This document shows positions 39,246 through 53,267 of a stretch of DNA of 64,000 nucleotides, piece by piece (position 1 is the first letter of the stretch; each line of letters starts with the position of its first letter). The DNA comes from Octopus vulgaris (Eukaryota), in the NCBI GenBank assembly GCA_951406725.2, contig OX597817.1:89900001-89964000 (forward strand). Reading direction: 5' to 3'. The position numbers and the translations under genes were made by a program. The notes beneath the pieces were generated by a model. The model worked only from the letters and a program-made list of their open reading frames with translations, ran no database searches and was not told the DNA's origin.

Positions 39246-39936
39246 GGCTGATATTGCAAAGTATTAGTACATATTTTGACCTTCACACACACACACTCAT
39301 TATCTGAAACGAGAGTTGAACTTCCTGCTGACCACAAAACCACAAACTACCACAACACCATCAGTGATGTTCAATTGCTTCAGAATTCTGTCGTCATCTC
39401 CTTCGTCAATCAGTTAGCTAACTGTAATTAAAAGGTATAAAACAAAAAGTTACATAAGAAAAACAAAGCAAAGATAAAAGATATAAAAATTGCTAAAAGC
39501 TCAAGTGAGTCAACATGAGAATTGTAGTACTGAATGCTTGTTGAGTCAGTTTTAAAATATCTTTATCAGAGCAGAGAGAGAAGTGGAGGTGGGACTGGTT
39601 GACAAAGAGGGCTGGAGAGGGTGTGGGGGCATAGATAAAGAGACAGACAGAGACAGAGAGATAGGCACAGAATCAGTGAAAACTTCAACTGACATTAACT
39701 AAAAAAAAAATGTGTTGCTTTACAAACCCGATGTACAGGAAATAGCAACAATTTCTCCCTCAAATTATACCCTGCTGTTTTAAAAGAGAAAGGACATATA
39801 AGATAATGCAATTTTTCTGTCTGTTGGGGGTAGGTTCTGGCCACAGGTCAACTACGTCAGGATTGGGACTGAAGTCATACCTCTCTCGAATTACACCTAC
39901 TGTCTTGAAAAAGTAAAAAGATAATGTATTCTAGAT

Positions 39937-40830
39937 ATCATCATTATTTAACATCTGTTTTCCATGCTGGCATGGGTTAGACGGCTTGACTGGAACTGGT
40001 AAATTAGAGAACTACATTGAGATTCCAGTCTGAAATGGGCTTGGTTTCTACAGTTGGATGCCCTTCCTAATGCCAATGACTCTAAGAGTGTAGTTGGTAC
40101 CTTTTACGTGTCACTGGCATGTGTGCTTTTATGTGTTACCAGCATGGAAACTGTAATGTATCACCGGCACCGGCCACAGTTATGATTTCATTTGGTTTAA
40201 TGAGTGTTATCAACCATAGCAAATTGCCAAAGGTCACAATCACTTGTCCTCACCTCCGTGGGGCCTCACATTCAGAGATTATGCTTCACTATCTCATCCC
40301 ATGTCTTCTTGGGTCTACCTCTTCCACAGATTCCTTCCACAGTTAGAGGTCGACACTTCTTTATGCAGTTGTCCTCATCCATACACAGCACATGGCCATA
40401 CCAGTGCAATCCTCTCTCTTGCATACTACATCTCATGCCTCTTGTGCCCAATTTTTCCCTCAAGATGCTTACATTCTGCCCTACATGCACACTGACATTG
40501 CACATCCAGCAGAGCATACTAGATTCATTTCCTTCAATCCTTTACATGTCCTCTGCTGTCACAGCCCATGTTTCATTGCCATGTAACATGGTTGTTCACA
40601 CACGGGCATCATACAATCTGCCTTCCTCTCTGAGGGAGAGGTCCTTTGTAGCCAACAAAAGCAGAAGCTCTCTGAATTTTGCCCAGCCTATTCTTATTGT
40701 AGCAGCTATGCTCTCGGAGCATCCCCCTCCACTGCTGACCTGGTTACCTAGGTAACAAAAGCTATCAACTATTTCTAGGTATCCCCTCTGGTATTTGATG
40801 GAATTTATTTTCTGTATATTTCTAGTGTTT
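39937..40830 (-). mobile_element. Older 5'-truncated RTE LINE, same family as 3391-4532
   Basis: Minus-strand peptides LEIVDSFCYLGNQVSSGGGCSES...WAKFRELL and WMCNVSV...LHWYGHV...GRGRPKKTWDE, disrupted; RTE 3' end at ~39940. Confidence 0.9.
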
Positions 40831-43800
40831 AATGTGCCTGTCTGAAATAAAAGAGGGGGAAGCTCATAGCTGGAACACCTGTGATCATAGGTATGCTGGA
40901 TCAGAACTAACTTTGGGTTAAACGACCTGCTCTCTACCAACATCATCAGCTGTAAAATGTTTTCTGTATGTCTTTTGTGAATCTTTCAGCCTTTAAGATG
41001 GGGTGGTCATGGCCAGAAAATCTATCATCATTGACCTGGTGTTTCAAAGCTGATTCTGGGTTAAACAACCTGTTCCTTTACTGCCACTGGCATCAATAAA
41101 ATGATTACCCACTCTCTCCATCTTATGCAGATATTTCCTCGTTTATTTTTCTACTATACCAATTAACCTCCCAAGTAGTAAATAAGCTTATTCATATTAT
41201 TTTATTTATCTTTTTTTTCTCCTCTCTAAAAAATGTTTGATTTTGGAAAATCTTAAATATTTGGAATATTTTGCTTCATAAAATCATTGCATGACTGTGT
41301 GTGTCTGTCTTTCTTTCTTTCTCTCTCTCTCTCTCTCTCTCTGTATAAGACTCTGTGTGAATATGTGACTGTTTTTGTGTATTGTGTGTATAATTTGTTG
41401 ATGGTGTGAATAAATGTGGTACCAGCTGTGAGATATGGACTTAAAACTGTTAGGGATAATCTCAGATTGTGAAATTTGTCAGTGATTTTGACCTCATTTT
41501 ACTATTGATTTGTGGATTATCCTGATCAGCATTGCATGCTAGTAAAGGTAATTAGTAGTTGTAGTGGTAGTAAACATGTCAGTATCATCATCATCACTAT
41601 ATCAAGTCTCTGAAGAAAGCTATTTCCTCTACGTAATTAATTCCTTTTATCGCTCTCACCTCCACATCTCGGTAGTTCCTCTACTGTCCAATATTTATTC
41701 ATTTAAATATTTCCTTTTTTTGGAAGAGTTATCTGACCATCTTGTAATTGCTTGTTCCAGACATCATAGTAACTCCATTCACCATCCTGACTGTCTTGAT
41801 CATGGTTGAGTGCATCCACTCATATCTAAGAATTAGGATTATTACAGGTATGACCTGGCTTATCTGTCATGCTAAGGTAACATAAGATCTCAGTCTTCTT
41901 CCCTGACTTATGCCAATGGCTGTTCTATTTTCTTTGCCCCTCCTCCCCACTCCATGTCACATCCTTGCTAACATATTTCCCTAGCTTCTCAGAACACGAA
42001 CCTGCTCATAATTTCAAGATAAACCACTCAAGTGTAGGTTTCATTAATTTGTGAATGGATTTACCTCATTACTGTCAATCCATCAAGGGGGCTTGTATGT
42101 GGTTACATGAACTGCTAAAATTAGCTGATAAATCTTCAAATCACACCATTTTTTAAAATCCATTTTTATTTTTACAATATATGGGTTAATGTAATCTTAG
42201 ATCTACGTTAATGGGATGGTCATGTATGGATCACATTTGGTGACTGGTCACTTGGGGCTAAACTTCATAAAGTTTACCATGTTAATAACAATGTTTATGA
42301 TTCATCATAATAATAAGGTTATGAGCAATGCCACTACCACCATTATACTAAAAACAATAGTGAAACTATTACTACCACCACCACCACCACCATCAGCATA
42401 ATGACCAACACCACCATCTCTACATTTCTATATGAGTTACTACCATCTCCTCCACTGTCACCATCATTACTCACTACCACCAACAGATCATGACCAAATA
42501 GCAGTCAAATATTTTATTTTACTTACCTTACTGTCCTAAAAAAACAAGAATAGGAACAACAACGAAAAAGAATTTAGAACATGTTGAATAATGTAGTGCT
42601 AGATACATTGGGCCTGAAAAAGATGGAATAGTCATGGTTGGAACACCTTTGATTTACTGGATCAAGACTGATTTTGAGCTAAACAACTACCATCTGTTTG
42701 TGTGGTTAATGCAAAGTGTCATTCCCTGGTCTTTAGAGCCTGTCTTCCAATATATATACTAGAAGGTACAAGTTTATGATCTAACTTCCAATATATAAAC
42801 ATGACAATACAAGGAATTTGATACAGGTGCACATGCTGCAACTTAGCACATTCTTCTATTGCACATGCATGTCACACATCTTTCATCATCATACACACAT
42901 CATGTCACAACCATTGTATCACATGCACATGTGCCATTACTACATGTACAGTCACATGTGTGCCAACACCAGATATACATCACCATCACATGTTCGTGAT
43001 TATAATCACCATATAAGTATCCCATAAATGGTGAAACTGCCATGTAAAATGTTAGTGATGTCTTTCAGTGTTTTATCTCTGCCGTTCACTCCAACACTAT
43101 GACTTAGATAGGGAGAGATGATTAATCCAACATATTCTATCTTATTCCAATTATTGGAATCTTAATTATTTATTGCCTAATTACAATTTACGTTGGACAA
43201 TTTCTTTTCATCTTTTTTAGACAATTCCAATGAATTTCTCTTTCCCCGGTGAACATTTTCTATCCACACTTTGACATACTTTCATCTTAAAAATCCTACT
43301 AGATCTGTATTTATTGGTCTCTTAGAATCTAATTTCAAACCTATCTACTTAATCAAGATACATTTAATTTTTAGTTTGATTCTGTATTTTTTATTGTTTT
43401 TTTCTGTTTCATTTATTTGATTTCTTCCTTAAAAGAAGTAATTTATTTCTGCAAATTGCAAAGTTATTAGGCCAGAATTTCTAATACTCAGTCATTTTAT
43501 TTTTATTGCATGTTTCCATTGTATTACAAAACATGGTGATGTGTGCCTTGTGTATGTTCAGTGTTTTAACTTTTCTATTTCTTTCTTATTCAAACTACAT
43601 CATGTGTGTACAGTGCCTAGTGGTGTTATTGTCTATGTTTTGTATATATAATTCCTGGGGTTTTTGATTAAGTATTTATTTGCATGCTGTTGAGCCATTC
43701 CCAAAACACTTATAGAAATTGGTTCTGTTTTCAGTAGATCTTTATTTTTGCATAATTTCTCTATTTCTTTTAGAAATACAAGTCTGTTGGGACTGACACT

Positions 43801-44759
43801 TTAATCAAGAGGCACTGTAATTAGTTAGTATTGGTAGTTATCATAGTGGTTAGCTTCAAGTGAGCCCTGATTGAGCAGGTCTGTAATCAAAGATATTCTG
43901 GCCATGACATTTCATTCATTGCAAACTTAGCACATCTAGAAGTACATTATCTACTCTTTTCTTTTTCTTTCAGATGTTTAGTTGTGATTCATGGCAGATT
44001 TGACTACTATTTCTAGTTGGTATGACTGGCTCTGCATGTACAAATAATTAAGTGGATGTATGGTACTGGGTTGAGTTGTGTATTAAAATTCACCTGTTAT
44101 ATGTTTGTGATGTGACACTTCTACCTTTTTACAAATCCACTGAAAGCTGGGCACTCTATTCTATATTCCTCATAAGAAACAGAATTATCAAAGAATTTTT
44201 GAAATTTCATATTGTTTTACTGACCTTCTAGCCTAGAAGATAGGTGTATTCATTTAATATTGTGAAACTGGAGTCTGTATTTCCAATTGTTGTATATATC
44301 AAACAAAGACATAGAAAACTTTTTTTTGGTGTTTCATCTGTGAATTTTTATACCTTGTGTACCTATGTTGTGGTGTCACCATGAGCAATACATTCAACTT
44401 CAATTTTTAGTAAATGATTATGTTTAAAAAATCAGTTAAATTGCTCATTATGTCATAAAAATCTATTTTGGTTTCCTATGCAAACATGCAAAGTACTATC
44501 AATTCTGTTGAAATAAATTTTACTGGAGTCTAGTCGTATGTTATGTAATAAGTCACTTCATGGCTTGGAGAAGATTGGCATCTGATATCATGTTAAAGAC
44601 AACTAGCCAAAATCCTGTGTACCTAGATATAAATAGGTAACCACAGTGTAGCATAGTCCTCTTTGTTGAACTATTCCACACTGTAGTATAACTGTCAATT
44701 CCTCAGTTTACCTAGCTATAACAATCTACGGCAGTGCCATTCATGTTTCAATATAGTCA

Positions 44760-45435
44760 TTGACATCATTTTTATCTGCATTTCTGTCCTGCCATGGATT
44801 GAAATGGCTAATTTCTATAATCATGTCTCTTCACTTGCATTTTCTTATCTCCATCCTGAGGTTCAACAACCCAATTCTATCCACATATTTTCAGTCTTCC
44901 TCCTCTACAGGCTCTTTCTTCTTGAATTGTTTTGACAATTTCTCGCCTTGAATTCTTCACATATTATATTAATATCTAATTTTTCTCTTAGTACTTTTAT
45001 GTTCTATGGTTCAAGCATACTGAGAAGCCCTTTGTTGTCAACAGGGATAATAAATCCCTGTACTTTTCTTACCCTGTTCTTATTTTGGCTAATAACCATT
45101 CACAATACCCACTGCTGATGAGGTTACTAGGTAGCTAAAGCTATCAGTTACTTTTCACAAGTCTTCTGGATAATTAAAGTCTTTATTTCTGGGGTCATCT
45201 TACTCCACTATCTATAGTATTTATTACTCCACTATTCTTCTCTATCAGTCTGTCTGAAATCTAACTGCAATTTTTGTGGACTTATTGTTTCTATGGGGCT
45301 GTGCAGTATAAAGTTCCTGTTCTTTTCTGCATATTGATCATGGTCACATCCCACCTGCTAGTATTGTTTAATTTTCATCTATGACTTTTGTCTTTACTAA
45401 ATTGACCTTGAAACCTCTTGATTCCAGTTAATCTT
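44760..45435 (-). mobile_element. Highly degenerate RTE LINE fragment
   Basis: The minus strand encodes LESRGFKVNLVKTKVI near 45.4 kb and a VTDSFSYL-like motif near 45.14 kb. Confidence 0.6.
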
Positions 45436-46492
45436 TGTTGAAGAAGTTTCCCCTACATGGCTTACAATCCAATGGCTGAAGCTAGTAAAAGAATATGATA
45501 AAACATTTGTTATATCCATGCAATAGAAAACAGAGTGGAGTACATGATAGTTTGCAGAACTAGTACCATTGTTACTCAGAGTTTCACCAAATGGTTACAC
45601 TTTTAGAAATATTCATATCTTGTTGATGCACAACATAGTGCGGGGGATTATTTACTTCTAAATGAGTTGATTGTTCCTTGGTTCAACAGGGTGATAATTT
45701 CAAAGTTAGTCAATTTATCAATTTCTTTGAAATTTGTCACCTAGCTGACAGAAGGGAAACAACTCACTTAGATATTATCTCCTTACACCGATATAAGTAC
45801 CTCTAAAATGGCTAGTTAAATGATTCCATGTCTGTATTTTAACCACTTGGTGAAACTCTTTAACAAAACAACTACTGCTGGAGACTCTATGATGTGTGTG
45901 TGTGAACAGCATAGAAAATTAATTTTTGTAAGCATTTAATTTCCAAAGTGGAAAAAAACAAAAGAACATACATGTTCACCCCCATCCCTTTTCACTCACA
46001 CATGCTCTCATCTCTATTTTCTCATTTACAGAAATGTTGTTGCTTTTCACTACCTCACCCCAACCTTGTTTAATTTCCATAAACAACAAAGCTGTCCAAA
46101 AATCTAAGCACTGTTATTGTTGTTCTCAATTCTGGTAGTTCCACTACATGGTTTTAGTTTCTATTGATCAACAGCCATTGATCTATTAGCTACCGAAACT
46201 GTTAGATCAGTTGGATTAATGAATGCTTGTTGCCAACTTTGTTTTCCTAATGCTCCTCTGTATATGAGTGAGTATTTTTGTGGGTTTGTGTCGGTGTGTT
46301 AGTGTGTGTTTTTTTTCTGTATATTTGAGTGCTTGTGTGTGCATGCATACTTTCTAACATAGTTTCATAACATAAAGTATGTCTGTTTGATTCTTGTTGT
46401 GACATTTTCATTGATTTTGGAAAGTTATTCCAGAAATTTTCTTTATTTCTATTTACTTAAATTGCTTCTTGAGAGCCTCTCTCCATCTGTGT

Positions 46493-46730
46493 TGGTGGTT
46501 CTCAGCCATTTTTTGCCTATGGACCCCTTTGATTCCTATTTTACTCTACTGGACCCCCATAAACATTCTATGTTTAAAAAAACTACATTATATTTCTATA
46601 ATTAAGTATTATTAGGAATTGTATAAAACAAATTGTTAAAATATTTTGTGTATTGTAGGAGTATAACCAAATTTATTGTGCATGAATTTCAACTACAAAA
46701 TCATATATGGATCTTGGTTGTGAACCACTG
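46493..46730. mobile_element. Old hAT-like MITE
   Basis: Left TIR TGGTGGTTCTCAGCC versus right-end reverse complement CAGTGGTTCACAACC. Imperfect 8-bp TSD ATCTGTGT (46485-46492) / ATCTATAT (46731-46738). Confidence 0.7.
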
Positions 46731-47200
46731 ATCTATATCAAGCACCAAGTAACACTACAACCATCACTAACACTGCAACCATCACCAATACTACATTTTG
46801 TAATCTTTGAAAAAACACCCATCTAATTTAAAGATAAATTTAGCTCAAACATAGTCAATTTCCCTATCTATTTATTCATTTTGCTTTAGGTTGTATAAGT
46901 CTTCATTGCTACATATTTACATTAGCATTTTGTGAGTTTTTCTCCCTTTTATAAATGGCTGGCTGGCTTCTTTTGCTACCAAAACTTGTGTGTCAGAATA
47001 GATTGGGTGTGTTATATAAAGACAACTTCACCGGAAAAGTTGTCTACTGTGTATAGTTTTCTATTGAACAATAATAACAATGATGTTATTATTCTCATGG
47101 GTTACTGTTACATTAGATGACAATGAAGTAGTCATAAGGATGTGTGGCACATATATATATATTTGTTAAACTAACTTCAGAGACATTTTCTAGTGACCCT

Positions 47201-47599
47201 ACAGGCATGGATGTGTGGTTAAAAACTTGCTTCCCAACCATATGGTTTTGGGTTCAGTCCCACTGCATGCCACCTTTCGCAGGTATCTTCTACTGTGGCC
47301 CCATACTGACCAAAACCATGTGAGTAGATGTGGTGAATGGAAACTGAAAGAAACCCAGCATGTGTGTGTATATATAGACATGCATGCATGTGTGTGTGTG
47401 TTTGTTGTGCCCCACCTCTGCTTGATAACCCATTCTGGTTTGTTTATATCTTCAAAACTTAGAGGCTTGGCAAAAGTGACTGATACAATAAGTACCAGAC
47501 TTCCTAATAATTAGTGCTGAAGTCAGTTTGTTTGACTAAACCCTTCAAGGTGATGCAGCATGGGTGCAAGCTGACGACTGAAACAAGTAAAACAAGAAT
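47201..47599 (+). mobile_element. SINE family A, full-length, decayed
   Basis: Head, internal (TG)n and tail gactgaaacaagtaaaa are all present. Confidence 0.8.
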
Positions 47600-49182
47600 G
47601 CATTTAAAAAAGAAATCCATGTAGATGTAGGTAGCTGATTGGACAGTGAGTTAAGCTAATCCTTGGACTTTGAGGTAGCTGATTGGATAGTTACAGTATA
47701 ATTAGAGCCTGTTCTATTGATTATAGGCTCTAAATACTGTATTTTTACCAAATCTAAGATCTTTTATATCATTTTGTCATTGCTTGTTGTGTTACTTAAA
47801 ATGTAGTTGGCATGTTGTATGTAGAGTGTGGTTGACAATCTGGACTTCTGGAATGTAGTAAATGGTTGGTAGTGTAGACCTATGTGGAGTGTATATTTGC
47901 CTGACACTGCAGGATAGGTCTTTTGCTGTGCAACTCATCTTTTAACCATTTGCAAACTTCTGTTCACTCAGTCATCAACAGTTTAACACCTGTTTGGTCA
48001 TGCTGGTATTGAGATGGACAGCAGCTATTAATGACAAACATTTCAATGGTTTATAACAAGTAATTGATAACTGGTGGCCTTGGTCAATGGTACTTGTTCT
48101 CAGGTGTTGTGTGTATATGTATCTGTCTGTCTGTCTCTCTCTCTCTCTCTATGTATGTGAGTGTATGTGGAGAGAAGGGAGAGGGAATTAGAGAATAAAG
48201 TGTAAATCAGAATACCTGAAACATGTACAATGTTAGTAAATTTACAGTTATGCATTTGAAAGCCTTAACTGTGGAGATTGCTGATGATGTGAAAACATCC
48301 TATTGTTCTCTTAAGTAAATAGGAAACTGGAAGATCTCTATTGGACATGAGTTTCTCCTCATCAGAAAAGGAGCACCACCCTTAACTTTGACCAATAATA
48401 TGTGTATATGAGTATATGTATGTATAATATGTATAGATGCAAGCATAGGTGTATGGTGAAGAAGTTTGGTTTACAATTCAGTCCTGTTGTATGGCACCTT
48501 TAGCAGGTGTCTTCTACTATGGTTTGTGTGACCCATGTAAGCTTGATAAAGTGGGTGTTAAAATGGCGATATATGTCTTTAGATATATAGCATATTGTGT
48601 GCTGGTACAGCCATGTGAATTCTGGTCTCAAGGTTAAGAGAAATAGACTAAATAGATTAGGATCACATCGGCTTGACTATGACCAGTGTGTAAATACCCT
48701 TGGTACTCCTTGCCTTCTGCTACTCCAGTTGGACCAGAAACAAGAAATTGTTTAGTATTATTGTTTTGTGAAGGATCATAGTGGATTGAAAGTATTGTTA
48801 AAGTCAATATCTAAGTTCAAATTCCACTAGGGTTAATTTTACCTTTCACTTTCCAGCATAGATAAACTAATAAGCAGTAATGTGATCTAATTGGTTATAC
48901 CTTCCATCAAATATGAGTCCCACCAAAGTCAACAGAATCAATAAAAGTCAAATACTATGTTAACTTATGGCCTTGGGTTATGTTAGGAATCCATTATTAA
49001 GAAGGGACAGAGAAGTAAACAGAAAAGTTTGCGTTGTGATGTTTACTGAAGCCATTATTGACAAGGGTTCTGTTCACTTTCCTCATTTTAGGGTAAATAA
49101 AATAAAGTCCCAGTCATGTTAGGATAAATTTTATCGACAATATCTACTGTCAAAATTGTGGTTACTTATGTTGACAACTATT

Positions 49183-49376
49183 GGTTTCAATTTTTGGCAC
49201 AAGGCCAGCAATTTTCAAGGGAGTGAATGCTCATATGGTACTCATTTTATCAACCCTGAAAGGATAAAAGATAATTTTAACCTTGGCAGAATTTGAATTC
49301 AGAATATAAAGACAAACAAAATGCTGCTAAGCATTTTGCCCAGCATACTAATGATCCTGCCAGCTTGCCACCTTAT
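49183..49376 (-). mobile_element. Family D (Nin) SINE
   Basis: Same motifs as other D copies, CpG-decayed. Confidence 0.75.
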
Positions 49377-50849
49377 GTTAACAATTATTATTTACTCAGT
49401 TGAGGGGGTCTTGTCTTGCAAGTTACTTGGTGATCTCATGGATGCTGGTGCCACATAAAAGCACACAGTACATTCTAATGTTGTTGGCATTATGTAGGGC
49501 ATCCAGTTGTAGAAACCATGCCAAAGCAGACAGTGGAACTTGGCAAGTAAACCACCTTGTAATATTTAGGTCTGTGTTCTAAGTTGAAATTTCTCTAGGT
49601 TTTATTTTGCCTTTCTTCCTTCTGCATTTGTTGTTAAGTAACCCCTAGATCAACCCTCATTGAACAGATCTGTAATCAGAGGTATTCCATCTCTTATCAG
49701 TCTACTGTGTTTTAATCAAATTTAGGTGTATCTAGGATACACCTATAGCTGATTATTTGTGTTCTTTATTTGTTCCCAAGTCAATACTGAATCAGCAGAC
49801 TGTTATCAAAGTTGTTCCAGCTATGATTATTCTATCTCTTGATCTAACACAGTGTATCCAGGACTACATTTATTTAAAAACAATAAGGTTTCTTTTATTT
49901 CTAGCACCTTTCTATTATTATGTATTTTCTCTCTGTCATTTCAGCAGTCAATGAAATAAGAATCAAACACCATTTAACCTGGATTTGATTGACTGCATCC
50001 TCCCTCTTTGAACCTCACTTCATTCTAAACCCCCTACCTAAAGCTATTCTATTTATTGTATCCCACCTATAAAGCCATATTGTTGACTATAAACACCTAA
50101 CCTATAAAACTATATTAGTGACTATAACTATAGCCATTCTTTTAAAATAGTTTATTGGAAGACTAGTTTTCCTTAAACTGCACATTAGTAGTTGCATGCT
50201 GATGCATACAAACTTTGTCTTCTCATTCTTAATAACAAAGCTCTGTAACTGATGTTATTGTGTGCAATGTATTTAAGTATGCTGTTGTTGTGTTTATGAT
50301 GATGATGATGATGCTGCTGCGTGTGTGTGTGTGTGTGTGTGTGTTACTGTCATGTCTGTGTGTAGTGTTGTATGTATATATGTGTGTGTGCACTTGACAC
50401 TTTTCAGTGTGTGTGTGTCACTGTTTTGTATCTGTTCTTTTATGTTTGTTGTATTTGTATTAACATGTATATGTCATGAACAATGTAGTAAGTAAGGAGG
50501 AGTGTATAAATTTTAGAATTTATATACTTTTTCTGAAAGCCATTGAACCCAGAATTGTTGCTCTCAAATCAGTTCCTTGTTTAACCCACACACCTGACTG
50601 AATATCTGTTTGTTGAAGAAGAAAAATGATTTTATTTTACTTAGGTTAATTATATCCAGTCTAAACTTTTTTTCCATTTAGCAGACTTGCCACTGTGCTT
50701 GTGTATTACATGTATACCCATACATACTCACCATAGAATTTAACTCAAGACATCACACTTGCAAAATAAACTTCTTGATCCATGAATATAATGTGTGTGT
50801 GTATAACACAGACACAAAGATACACATACATAGACATATATATGTCTAT

Positions 50850-51070
50850 GTATGTGTATCTTAGTGTCTGTGTTTGTCCCCACCACTGCTTCACAACCGG
50901 TGCTGGTGTGTTTACTTCCCCATAACTTAGCGGTTTGGCAAAAGCAAACGATAGATTAAGGACCAGACTTATAAAGTGTAAGTACTGGGATTGATACACT
51001 CCACTAAAAATTATTCAAGGCAGTGCTACTATATGGCCACAGTCTAATGACTGAAACAAATAAAAGATAT
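50850..51070 (+). mobile_element. SINE family A 3' half, followed by long (CA)n/(TA)n
   Basis: Matches the family A tail. Confidence 0.75.
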
Positions 51071-51105
51071 ACATATATGTATATACATATATACACACAC
51101 ACATA

Positions 51106-51171
<66 letters not shown>

Positions 51172-51173
51172 CA

Positions 51174-51228
<55 letters not shown>

Positions 51229-51688
51229 ATATACTTATATATGTATACATACATGTATATATATATATGTATACATACATGTATATATATATGTTTACAT
51301 ATATGTGTGTGTGTGTGTGAGTACATATATTTACACATACACGTATATACTATTTATCTTCTGTGCCAAAATTTGATGTGACCCAAATATGAAAGTCAAT
51401 ATATGCCTTTCAACAGATCAGATCCCATAGGTCTGAAGTCCTTCATGTGTTTATCTTGCTCACATATGTTCAAATGTTTCTTTTTATTAAATCCATGTGC
51501 TACATATAACTGAATCTATGTACACATTCGAGCAGGTAATCTAGTTTTGTTCACACTGGTGAATATTCTCAAATAATAATAATTCTATTTCACTCATTTA
51601 TGTTGCAAGTCCAGGAAGCCTGTATGTTGTAGTTTGGCCTGCTAGAAATACCATTCAGCTCTCCTCAAGTCACACAGTATTGTCTTAA

Positions 51689-51955
51689 CCCTTTAGCATT
51701 TAGATTTCTTTGTCAAATGTGATGCTTATTTATTCACATTGTTTTGAAATAATCATGCATATTACCTTGATGCTCTGAGATTTTGATGATGTAATTGTTT
51801 ATTTTTAGAATAATTTTGTAGGGTAAGTGTGAGAAGCCATATCTGGCTGATTTCAAGATAAAACAGGTAATTATTTTGGTCAGATATGGCCAGTCTGAAG
51901 ATAAAACAAACATAGATTATTTTGACTGGATATGACCGGTTTAATTGCTAAAGGA
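51689..51955. mobile_element. piggyBac-like MITE (second family, older)
   Basis: TTAA|CCCTTTAGCA ... TGCTAAAGGA|TTAG (decayed right TIR and TSD), with an internal ~45-bp duplication near the right end. Confidence 0.7.
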
Positions 51956-53267
51956 TTAGGAATGCCCTTGATTATAGTCTTCTCTATCAGGACTGATTGA
52001 GCATAGGTTAGATTAAAACTTATGATAATATTATACTAACAATGCCCTTCCCGCTCTTATCTGATTTACAAGTAAGGGATTTTTTAAATTCCATTGGGTG
52101 TTGCAAGTTGAAAGTGCAGAACTACAAGACCTATTGTAAATCTCCACATCACTGTTTTGCTTAAACAATGTCATGCTAAGATGTGCAGATCACACACAGA
52201 TGCACACATATATTACAGCATTTGTCAGTTTCATTCACAAAGTATTGGTCAGCTTGTGTCTATAAGAAAATAATTGCTCAAGGTACCATGCAATGGTTAT
52301 AACCTGTAACCATATGGTTCCATAACAAACTCTACGTCCACACAGCCATGCCTGTGTCTGTAAGATCTTTTTGCATTTGGTCTTTTATTACCTCTTTTTT
52401 AATTTCATTCTTTCACTTGTATCAGTCACTGGACTGACCAATCTTCAAGGTGGTGGGTAGTGACATAGGTCAATAAATCAAAACTTTGGACTTATTTTGT
52501 TGACCTCTGAAAGATGAAAATCAAAGTTGACCTTAACTCGATTTGATCTCAGAATGTAAGAGGATGTAACTAAATATTTTGTCATGTACTCTATCAATTC
52601 CACCACCATATATAATAATAATTAGAAGAATAAGAAGAAAAATTTCTTGCACAAAAGCAAATCTTTGGAAGAGAGAGAGAGAAGTTAGACTTCAGTACAT
52701 GACTGGTGCTTTTTATTGACCCATGAAGGATAAATGATGAAGTAAACCATAGCAAGATCTGATCTCAGAACATAAAGGAATATAACCAAGGACCATAAAC
52801 TTCAGTTTCTGTTATTTGTGTGAGCACACTCATAGCTATTCCAAACTTACCTTGCCAGGGATAGATTGTGAGATTTAAGGATAATTTGGTATCAATGGTA
52901 TGGTTCAGTTTTAGCCAGCAAATATTTGATATAATAATTTAAAACGTGTGTGACAAAACCACAGTCAGCGTATGGAATGAGTGAAAGAAAAAAGAAAAAG
53001 TTCAAGCATTTAGCTGTCATATAACCCAGTTCAACTAACTGTAAATATGAGTCAGGTGACCATCAATTTATTTACTATTGTTGAGTGTTTGTTATTCAAC
53101 AGTGCTAAGTTCAACTCTTTTTCTAGGTTGTAGAGCTTAGGGAGGGATGGGCTCAGCAGAACTGATTTACCATGAAGACATAACCTGTTCACAAAGGTTT
53201 TTAATGGGTTGTTGGAATACCCTGCAAAAGTGAAGTGATGAGGAAGAACTGTAGAGGCTTCCTGACT